Source: Lentimicrobiaceae bacterium
Lineage (GTDB): Bacteria > Bacteroidota > Bacteroidia > Bacteroidales > F082
Reading direction: 5' to 3'
DNA: 64,000 nucleotides
NCBI GenBank assembly: GCA_015061365.1
Contig: SUWS01000002.1
Span: 22,806-86,805 of the forward strand
Below the pieces are notes generated by a model, which had not been told where the DNA came from, ran no database searches, and was given only the letters and a program-made list of their open reading frames with translations. The translations under genes and the position numbers were made by a program. Each line of letters opens with the position of its first letter. Positions within the stretch are counted from its first letter, which is position 1. Below are positions 39,339 to 46,934 of the stretch, piece by piece.

Positions 39339-41474
39339 ATGAAGATATTCCAGACAGAAGACATTCGGAACGTCGCTCTCATAGGAGCTGCTAAATCCGG
39401 TAAGACAACGCTTGCTGAAAACATGGTTTTCGAAGGTAAGCTCATCAACAGAAAAGGCACTACAGAAGGTAAAAACACAGTATCTGACTATCGTCCAATA
39501 GAAACAGAACGCGGTATATCTGTAAACGCCAGTTTGTTATACACAATCTATAACGACAAGAAAATAAATATTTTAGATACTCCAGGTTTTAGCGACTTCT
39601 CAGGCGACATCGTTGCTTGTTTGACAGCTGCTGATATGGCTGTTTTCACAGTCAACGCTCAAGCAGGTGTTGAAGCAACAACAGAAAATGCATGGAAATA
39701 CGCTACAAAAACAAACAAACCTGTAGTGTTCTTCATGAACCAATTGGATCACAGCAACGCTAATTTCGATGACACAGTACGTCAATTGAAAGAATATTTC
39801 GGCGATAAAGTTACTCCAGTTCAATTCCCAGTAGCAACAGGTGAAGGTTTCAACTCAGTCATCGACCTTATTACAATGAAGATGTTAGTCTTCAAGAATG
39901 GTAACGGTGCTCCTGAAGTACAAGACATTCCTGCTAACTTAGCAGACAAAGCTGAGGAATTACACAACGAACTCATCGAACACGCAGCTGAAGGTGACGA
40001 TGCTCTTATGGAGAAATTCTTCGAAGAAGGTACACTTTCAGAAGAAGACATGGAAAAAGGTCTCCACCTCGGTATCATCAACCGTGATATGTTCCCAGTA
40101 TTGTGTGGTGCAGCTAAATCAGGTGCCGGTGTTACACGTCTCTTAGAATTCCTTATCAACGCTTGTCCTTCACCAGCTCACGTACATACTACAAAAGCTG
40201 TAAACGGTACAGAATTCCATAACAGCACAGAAGAAGCTCCAGCAATGTTCTTCTTCAAGATCTCTAACGAACAAAACGTTGGTGACGTCGCTATGGCTCG
40301 TATCTACGGTGGTACAATCGCTGAATCACAAGATATGGTTAACCCACGTACAGGCAACAAAGAACGTATTTCTCAACTTTTGGTTTCAAACGGTAAGACA
40401 CGTGAGAGAGTTGAAAAAGCCTGCGCTGGTGATATCATCTCTACAATCAAATTGAAAGACGTTCGCGTCAACGACAGCTTGGTAGATGCTAAGATCTCTG
40501 ACACAGCATTCGAAGGCGTTCCATTCCCAGCTCCAATTTTCTCTACAGCTATCAAAGCCGTTAACTCACAAGAAGACGAAAAACTCGGCGGTATCCTCGC
40601 TGACTTCCATAAGATCGACCCAACAGTCATCACTTCAATGTCACGTGAGTTAAGACAAAATATCCTTCAATGTCAAGGTGAATATCACCTCAATACAATC
40701 AAATGGTATCTCGATAACGTACATAAAATCGCTGTTGAATTTGCAGCTCCTAAGGTTCCTTATCGCGAAACTATCACCAAGACAGCTAACGCTGACTACC
40801 GTCACAAGAAACAATCAGGTGGTTCAGGTCAGTTCGGTGAAGTCCACATGAGATTAGCTCCTTATTATGAAGGTTACACAGATCCATCAGACCTCCAAGT
40901 TCGTGGTAAAGATGAATACGATCTCCCATGGGGCGGTAAACTCATCTTCTGCAACTGTATCGTCGGTGGTTCTATCGATGCTCGTTTCATGCCAGCTATC
41001 TTGAAAGGTATCAACGAACGTTTGGAAGAAGGTCCTCTTACAGGTTCATACGCTCGCGACATCATCTGCTACATCTATGATGGTAAGATGCACCCAGTTG
41101 ACTCAAACGAAATGGCATTTAAGATCGCAGGTCGTATGGCATTCTCAGCAGCATTTAAAAACGCTGGTCCTAAGATCATGGAACCTATCTACGACTTGAC
41201 AGTTCGTATGCCAGAAGATATGATGGGCGCTGTTAACACCGACCTCCAAAGCCGTCGTGCTATCATCATGGGTATGGATGCTGACCGCAACTACCAAATC
41301 ATCCGCGCAAGAGTCCCATTGGCAGAAATGGACAGATATTCAACTTCATTGAGTTCTTTGACATCAGGCCGTGGTACATTCACAATGGAATATGCAGAAT
41401 ACGCACAAGTTCCAACTGACGTTCAAACAAAACTCTTGAAAGCTTACGAAGAAAGCAAGAAAGACGAAGATTGA
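39339..41474 (+). CDS. Elongation factor G paralogue (EF-G2-like)
   Basis: 711 aa with full EF-G domain order. G1 reads GAAKSGKTT and switch II reads DTPGFSDF (no His). Confidence 0.9.
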   Translation: MKIFQTEDIRNVALIGAAKSGKTTLAENMVFEGKLINRKGTTEGKNTVSDYRPIETERGISVNASLLYTIYNDKKINILDTPGFSDFSGDIVACLTAADMAVFTVNAQAGVEATTENAWKYATKTNKPVVFFMNQLDHSNANFDDTVRQLKEYFGDKVTPVQFPVATGEGFNSVIDLITMKMLVFKNGNGAPEVQDIPANLADKAEELHNELIEHAAEGDDALMEKFFEEGTLSEEDMEKGLHLGIINRDMFPVLCGAAKSGAGVTRLLEFLINACPSPAHVHTTKAVNGTEFHNSTEEAPAMFFFKISNEQNVGDVAMARIYGGTIAESQDMVNPRTGNKERISQLLVSNGKTRERVEKACAGDIISTIKLKDVRVNDSLVDAKISDTAFEGVPFPAPIFSTAIKAVNSQEDEKLGGILADFHKIDPTVITSMSRELRQNILQCQGEYHLNTIKWYLDNVHKIAVEFAAPKVPYRETITKTANADYRHKKQSGGSGQFGEVHMRLAPYYEGYTDPSDLQVRGKDEYDLPWGGKLIFCNCIVGGSIDARFMPAILKGINERLEEGPLTGSYARDIICYIYDGKMHPVDSNEMAFKIAGRMAFSAAFKNAGPKIMEPIYDLTVRMPEDMMGAVNTDLQSRRAIIMGMDADRNYQIIRARVPLAEMDRYSTSLSSLTSGRGTFTMEYAEYAQVPTDVQTKLLKAYEESKKDED

Positions 41475-41497
41475 TAAAATCTCCACTAAATACGAAG

Positions 41498-41530
41498 ACT
41501 CCCGCGAAGAAATTCACGGGAGTTTTTTTT
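41498..41530 (+). terminator. Rho-independent terminator
   Basis: actcccg-(12 nt)-cgggagt followed by eight T. Confidence 0.85.
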
Positions 41531-41610
41531 GTCCACTAATTGGCATGAATTTGCGCTAATATTATTAAAAAAGGTATTTTCTGAAAATTCAACGTAATAA
41601 AAATAAATGT

Positions 41611-42528
41611 ATGAATATGTCAGAAAATAGAAAAAAGAAAAGCACATTCTTTGTGTTTATGGAAGATGTCTATGTAAATTTAAAAGCATTAGGAAAAATC
41701 AGGACATCTGAGACCTACAAATCGTCATTGGATAGCTTCAGAAAGTTTAGAAAAGGTAAAGACTTGACCTTCAATAAATTTAATCATGAGATGATGATTG
41801 AATATGAAGCATATCTTAAAGCAAAAGGAATTTCAAAAAACACGTCTTCTTTTTATATGCGAACGTTGCGTGCTGTATACAACAGAGCCGTAAACAAAGG
41901 TCTCACTCTTCAGAAATATCCGTTCAAATATGTCTATACCGGCATTGACAAAACACGGAAAAGAGCAGTCTCGGTTCAGATAATGAAGCAGATTAAAAGT
42001 CTGGATTTATCATCGGAATGGAAATTAGATTTTGCGAAAGATATGTTTCTGTTTTCATTTTACACGAGAGGAATGTCATTTGTCGACATGTCATATCTTC
42101 GTAGAAAAGATTTAAGCAATGGAATATTGACCTACCGACGGCACAAGACAGGACAGCTGCTACATATAAAATGGGAAGCCTGTATGCAGGAAATTGTCAA
42201 TAAATATAAAAACGAGCAATCTACATTTCTATTACCTATTATTAATACTGATGAAGTAGAAGAGCAACGCAAGCAATATATTTATTCTGCGCATAATATT
42301 AATAGGTGTCTAAAGAAGATTGGAGCAATGTTAGGCTTATCGTTGCCATTAACGATGTATGTTGCCCGGCACACATGGGCAAGTATTGCAAAACAAAAGA
42401 ATATCCCGTTATCAGTCATCAGCGATGGGTTAGGCCATGACTCAGAATTAACAACGAGAATCTATTTGTCTTCATTGGATAATGTAGAGATAGATAAGGC
42501 TAACAGAATGATTCTTAATCTTTTATAA
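41611..42528 (+). CDS. Tyrosine site-specific recombinase (Bacteroides small integrase/invertase type)
   Basis: 305 aa. SAM-like N-terminal domain, ARHTWASIA (R-H) and LGHDSELTTRIYL (H...Y) catalytic motifs. Confidence 0.9.
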   Translation: MNMSENRKKKSTFFVFMEDVYVNLKALGKIRTSETYKSSLDSFRKFRKGKDLTFNKFNHEMMIEYEAYLKAKGISKNTSSFYMRTLRAVYNRAVNKGLTLQKYPFKYVYTGIDKTRKRAVSVQIMKQIKSLDLSSEWKLDFAKDMFLFSFYTRGMSFVDMSYLRRKDLSNGILTYRRHKTGQLLHIKWEACMQEIVNKYKNEQSTFLLPIINTDEVEEQRKQYIYSAHNINRCLKKIGAMLGLSLPLTMYVARHTWASIAKQKNIPLSVISDGLGHDSELTTRIYLSSLDNVEIDKANRMILNLL

Positions 42529-42541
42529 GCTCTTATCTGTA

Positions 42542-42701
42542 ACATCTCTTCCCAAGAGATTTATAACTACTTGCAAAGTAAATAAAAATATTGATATAAA
42601 ATACATTATATATAAAATTTTTTTTCTGACACTTTTTAACTAATCTTAAAGACCTGATTTTCAATAATATAACTTCAAAATATTCTCTTGGGAAGAGATG
42701 T
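42542..42701. promoter_or_regulatory. Candidate invertible DNA segment: perfect 18-bp inverted repeats flanking 124 bp
   Basis: acatctcttcccaagaga (42542-42559) and tctcttgggaagagatgt (42684-42701) are exact reverse complements. The left repeat starts 14 nt after the recombinase stop and the right repeat ends 94 nt before ATG 42796. Confidence 0.5.
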
Positions 42702-42795
42702 ACTCGGGAAATGCATTAATTTTTTATTAAATATTATTTGATTTCTCTATCATAGCCCAAAATAAATTAAACAAACTCTACTAAAATAAAATAAT

Positions 42796-43593
42796 ATGAA
42801 ATTAATAATTCCAAACGGATGTTTAGCAGCAGAAAATGATGCTGCTGCAAAAATCAGAGCAAGTCTCGCTAAAGATCTTAAAGATGGTAAACCTGTAGAA
42901 ATTGCTTCTTCAGGAGATGTCATGGGACAAAATGGTGAACAAAAGAAACTTGAAATCCAACCTGGCAAATTGGCAGCAGAAAATGATGCGGCTGCACGAA
43001 TACGAGCAAGTCTCGCTAAAGATCTTAAAGACGGTAAACCTGTAGAAATTGCTTCTTCAGGAGATGTTATGGGACAAAATGGTGAACAAAAGAAACTTGA
43101 AATTCAACCTGGTAAATTGGCAAACTATCAATGGTATGAAAGAGAGCCTCAAAGACTCCGAGGTGAAATTGAAGGAATGAATGAGTTCTTTCCTCAATTT
43201 AAATTGTATAAAATGAATGACGGACGATATTATTGGAGAGGAACTTTGCGTCCAAATGTTTTGCCTAATGGTTGGGCTTGGGAAGTTGCTGCAATTTACA
43301 ATAATGACCACCCAGCGCCACAAATGGGAGGTTCGGTGCGTGTAGTTCTTTTAAATCCTGATATTGATACAGTGATCAATGCATTGGGATGGAGACCTCA
43401 TCATCTTTTATATTGTCCTACAGATGGTACATATCTTTGTACAACACGCGCACAAGATATGAGTTATGGTACTCAATACGAAACTACAGCTGTTCAAACT
43501 TTAACTTGGGCAGTTAAATGGTTAACTGCTCTTGAGTTGGTATTGACTGGTGATTTATCTAAAGAATTGTTTAATAATCCTGTTGGAATATAA
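42796..43593 (+). CDS. Two tandem 49-aa modules fused to an E2/UBC-like domain (tentative)
   Basis: The C-terminal 155 aa show an E2-like order: a helix (QRLRGEIEGMNEFF), YYWRGTL, EVAAIYNNDHPAPQ...VRVVLLNP, then PHHLLYCPTDGTYLC (HPN-like position plus a G-x-Y-L-C candidate catalytic Cys), then a helix (TLTWAVKWLTALE). Confidence 0.5.
   Translation: MKLIIPNGCLAAENDAAAKIRASLAKDLKDGKPVEIASSGDVMGQNGEQKKLEIQPGKLAAENDAAARIRASLAKDLKDGKPVEIASSGDVMGQNGEQKKLEIQPGKLANYQWYEREPQRLRGEIEGMNEFFPQFKLYKMNDGRYYWRGTLRPNVLPNGWAWEVAAIYNNDHPAPQMGGSVRVVLLNPDIDTVINALGWRPHHLLYCPTDGTYLCTTRAQDMSYGTQYETTAVQTLTWAVKWLTALELVLTGDLSKELFNNPVGI
42826..43119 (+). repeat. Tandem in-frame duplication, 2 x 147 bp
   Basis: Units 42826-42972 and 42973-43119 differ at only a handful of positions. 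Each encodes AAENDAAA(K/R)IRASLAKDLKDGKPVEIASSGDVMGQNGEQKKLEIQPGKL. Confidence 0.95.
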
Positions 43594-43601
43594 GTTGTGT
43601 T

Positions 43602-44303
43602 ATGATTTCACACGTAGTTTTTACCAAAAGAGCATTTAATGCAATTGTTACAGAGACAATAGATAAGAATCCTGTAGAAACTGGCGGTATCTTTATAGGA
43701 TATTTGCTAAATAATGGGATTGCCATAGTTGTAGAAACAATTCCCCCAGGCATTAGAACAATAAATCAACGTGCATATTTCGAATATGATGCTGATTTTG
43801 TCAATTACCTATCTAACGTTATTGCAAAACAATATGTAGGCAACCTTCATGTATTAGGATTATGGCACCGCCATCCAGGAAGTATGGATACATTCTCAAT
43901 GACAGATAATGGAACCAATATCAAGTTCGCCGTAAACAATGGAAATTACGGAGCTATATCTGCATTGGTAAATTGTGACCCTAAATTGCGATTAACAATG
44001 TATCATGTTAATCCAGATTGTACTTATACACCTATTGAATGGAGTGTCGATGACGGTATAATTCCAGAAGATCTATTAAAACTTCATTATGAAGATGCGT
44101 CAAATCTTCCAATTTTAGGTGAGCACTCTTATAATATGAGTCCAGCTACCTCTGTATCACCCAACAACAATAACAGCGGTAGTGAGCATATTGTGGATTC
44201 TATTTGTGAATCTCCAGAAACAGGATCTAGCAAATATACAATTGCAGATGCAATAGATGACTTTTCTAAAATAATTCGCAAACTCATTAATAATGCAAAT
44301 TGA
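43602..44303 (+). CDS. JAB/MPN (JAMM) metallopeptidase
   Basis: NPVETGGIFIGY (Glu) plus GLWHRHPGSMDTFSMTD, an exact H-x-H-x7-S-x2-D JAMM motif. Confidence 0.85.
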   Translation: MISHVVFTKRAFNAIVTETIDKNPVETGGIFIGYLLNNGIAIVVETIPPGIRTINQRAYFEYDADFVNYLSNVIAKQYVGNLHVLGLWHRHPGSMDTFSMTDNGTNIKFAVNNGNYGAISALVNCDPKLRLTMYHVNPDCTYTPIEWSVDDGIIPEDLLKLHYEDASNLPILGEHSYNMSPATSVSPNNNNSGSEHIVDSICESPETGSSKYTIADAIDDFSKIIRKLINNAN

Positions 44304-44395
44304 GTAGTCTTTCTATACTAATTTATCATAATAACATTTCCGATATAGATTTAAGTAAAATGGAATTAGTTTACAAACTATAATACTTGTCAAAT

Positions 44396-45829
44396 ATGAA
44401 TTCACACATTATAGAATCTGCAAACTTGTATTTAAAAACAAAGCCAGAAGGCAAAATTATTTTCCCTTCACAAATTTATGAAGAAAAATACATCGGTCCA
44501 CTCAATGGCTATTATGTTCCCGAAACAAATATTTTTAATGTCATTCCTACAGATACTCTTCATATAAATAATGGAAAGTGTTCATTGTTAGGATTCATAT
44601 TACCATTAAATCCTCTAAGATATATTGAAGAGAAAACGCCAGAAAAAGATCCCCTTTCAATAATTAAAGAAAAAATGGGATTAAGCAATGAACATAAAAA
44701 AACATTAACAATACAACCATCAAAACCAATTCCTTTTGATGGAGATGGAATAGCTATTAACAATGACATTTCATTAAGCATCAAAGAAAAATTCATCCCA
44801 GAATTAATACGATTATTAAAATACGAAAGTTTTTTAATTGATTCAATACAAGAATGGGTGGAATATATATTTAAATCAAGGGAAGAAGACTTACTATTAG
44901 GATATTGGGAAGATAATCGCATATACTTTCATCATATAAAATGGCATTTTATAAATAAATACATAAATCCAACTCCATTGATACAAGAAACTTATTCTTT
45001 AAAATTAGATGTATTTTCACGGAATACTGGTATTCTTGAGTCTGATATAATGCTAACTAAAGGTGCTGTATTTATTGGATGTGGTTCCGTGGGTAGTTTA
45101 TTTGCTTTAGAATTGGCTCGTGCTGGTGTTGGTCGCTTTATGCTGATAGATAGCGATATTTTAGGATATCATAATATTTGCAGACATCAGTGTGGAATAT
45201 TTGATGTTGGTAGATATAAAACAGATGCAGTAAAAGATAGAATCCTGCAAATAAATCCTTATGCAGAAGTTGTTACGTATAATATGAGAATTCAAGAAGT
45301 TCCATTAGATGATTTGATGAAATTTTGTGATGTAAATACTATTGTTATTGGTGGAGCTGATAATCGAGAAGGTGATTTGTATGCTAATAGCATTGCACAA
45401 CATGTGGGTATGCCATTTATGTCTATTGGATGTTGGGAAAGAGCATTTGCTGGTGAAATATTTTATTGTTTGCCTACAGGTATGCCAACATATAAAGATT
45501 TCATGGAAGTTACAGGACATATGTCTGCACGAGTGACTCAAAATAGAAGATTTTACACAACTGAAGCAGAGCTTGAAAAAGTATCTTTTGAACCAGGTAT
45601 ATCAGTAGATATAAATTTTGTTACAACTATTGCTGTAAAACTAGCCATTGATTTGCTCAATAGAGATAATGAAAATTATACCCAAAGGTTATTACCTCAT
45701 TTGACACAATATACATTGGTATGCAATACGAATAACACAAAAGTCGGAGGAGAAATGGCAGAGATATTCTCTTATCCATTGCAGGTAACTACAAGTATTA
45801 TTGTACCATACTCAAATAAGGAAGAATAA
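44396..45829 (+). CDS. E1-like ThiF/MoeB-family adenylyltransferase with an unknown N-terminal region of about 215 aa
   Basis: FIGCGSVGSLFALELARAGVGRFMLIDSDILGYHNICRHQ and GGADNREGDLYAN match the Rossmann GxGxxG, D.D...N..R and DN..R motifs of ThiF. ATG at 44396 preferred to TTG 44387. Confidence 0.85.
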   Translation: MNSHIIESANLYLKTKPEGKIIFPSQIYEEKYIGPLNGYYVPETNIFNVIPTDTLHINNGKCSLLGFILPLNPLRYIEEKTPEKDPLSIIKEKMGLSNEHKKTLTIQPSKPIPFDGDGIAINNDISLSIKEKFIPELIRLLKYESFLIDSIQEWVEYIFKSREEDLLLGYWEDNRIYFHHIKWHFINKYINPTPLIQETYSLKLDVFSRNTGILESDIMLTKGAVFIGCGSVGSLFALELARAGVGRFMLIDSDILGYHNICRHQCGIFDVGRYKTDAVKDRILQINPYAEVVTYNMRIQEVPLDDLMKFCDVNTIVIGGADNREGDLYANSIAQHVGMPFMSIGCWERAFAGEIFYCLPTGMPTYKDFMEVTGHMSARVTQNRRFYTTEAELEKVSFEPGISVDINFVTTIAVKLAIDLLNRDNENYTQRLLPHLTQYTLVCNTNNTKVGGEMAEIFSYPLQVTTSIIVPYSNKEE

Positions 45830-45830
45830 T

Positions 45831-46472
45831 ATGGCTGAATTTGATCAATATGGGCGTCTAAAAAATCCGAATTTTCGCCAGTCTCGTCCTGTTTCTAGCT
45901 TTGTACCATCAGCAACATATAGCAGAGAATCTGGGTGGCAAAGATTCAATGGCTTTATAAGTGATATAGGGCAATGGTTAAGAGACAATTGCAGTGCTCT
46001 AGCTAACAATATATCAATTGGAGGATTTTTTATTGCATGTATAGCAATTATAATAGGAGCCATCTATACATGGATTGATGATGGTTTTGTGGAATTTATT
46101 ATATATGCTATTGTCGCAGCTCTTGTTATGTATTTTGGAGGTTTGTTAGTAACAGGATTAATGATGATAGTATTAAACATCCCAATATACATATTGGGGA
46201 TTATATTTCATAGTGCATATTCTCTGATAATAACAATACTATTAGCATTAGGTATAATAATATATTGTAATTATGATAACAATAGTTATTCATCTTCTCA
46301 TAATAAGTATACACCTATAGCAGAAGAAACTGTCAAAACAAATACAGAAAATACACCTGCTACCACCCAATATGTATGTACTGCAAAATCAACGTTGAAC
46401 GTACGTAGATCTCCTGATATTAATTCACAAGGATTAACAGAGGTTTTTTCGGGTCTTTATTCGACAAATTAA
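45831..46472 (+). CDS. Small membrane protein (about 4 TM) with a low-complexity tail
   Basis: The ATG lies 2 nt after the E1-like stop. Hydrophobic stretches FFIACIAIIIGAIY, IIYAIVAALVMYFGGLLVTGLMMIVL, ILGIIFHSAYSLIITILLALGIIIY. Confidence 0.55.
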   Translation: MAEFDQYGRLKNPNFRQSRPVSSFVPSATYSRESGWQRFNGFISDIGQWLRDNCSALANNISIGGFFIACIAIIIGAIYTWIDDGFVEFIIYAIVAALVMYFGGLLVTGLMMIVLNIPIYILGIIFHSAYSLIITILLALGIIIYCNYDNNSYSSSHNKYTPIAEETVKTNTENTPATTQYVCTAKSTLNVRRSPDINSQGLTEVFSGLYSTN

Positions 46473-46507
46473 GAAATCTATTTGGGTAAAATTAAGGAGA
46501 AATAATC

Positions 46508-46903
46508 ATGGACTTAGGAATAATAGGAATAATTATCGCTATTGTAATAGTTGTAATAATTGTAATATCATTAAGAGCCTTACGCGAAAAGTATGTGTGG
46601 ATGGATGGTGTTGTAGCTTTTATTATGATTGGAGCAGTTATAGCAGGTTGGATTATTGGTGGATTTTGGATGGGTGTAGCGACATTTATTGGTTCATTAT
46701 TGGTTATAGGTTTATTATTCGGTTTAGGAAATGATTATACTGAGGTCCGGATAGATGTTCATACTACAGCTAAGATTAAATGCCCTCAGTGTAACTATGG
46801 CGGAATGGATATAATTTCTAGTAGATATGATTCAGAGCAAAAAGTTACAAGTATAGATGCTAAGTGTAAACGTTGTGGTAAAGTAACTAATTTTATAGGT
46901 TAA
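46508..46903 (+). CDS. Small membrane protein (about 3 TM) with a C-terminal CxxC...CxxC zinc ribbon, ending in Gly
   Basis: GIIGIIIAIVIVVIIVI, VVAFIMIGAVIAGWIIGGFWMGVATFIGSLLVIGLLFGL, then KCPQCNYGG...KCKRCGKVTNFIG*. Confidence 0.55.
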   Translation: MDLGIIGIIIAIVIVVIIVISLRALREKYVWMDGVVAFIMIGAVIAGWIIGGFWMGVATFIGSLLVIGLLFGLGNDYTEVRIDVHTTAKIKCPQCNYGGMDIISSRYDSEQKVTSIDAKCKRCGKVTNFIG

Positions 46904-46934
46904 TAAATTATAGTTTAATTTTAATATAGTAATC

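Noticed and set aside
41481-41540. tccactaa direct repeat on both sides of the EF-G terminator, considered as an att site or target-site duplication for the island.
   Set aside because: It is only 8 bp, both copies are at the left edge, and no matching copy is found at the right boundary (52.2-53.4 kb).
37821-41611. tRNA-Asn as the integration site of the recombinase-bearing island.
   Set aside because: The recombinase is 3.7 kb away, with two housekeeping-type genes and their own promoter and terminator in between. No tRNA 3'-end repeat is seen near 52-53 kb.
46375-46472. An SH3b-like motif (TAKSTLNVRRSPDINSQG) at the C-terminus of the first membrane protein.
   Set aside because: Only the first strand-like motif is present before the stop. 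Neither alternative frame continues an SH3b domain, so it cannot be supported.
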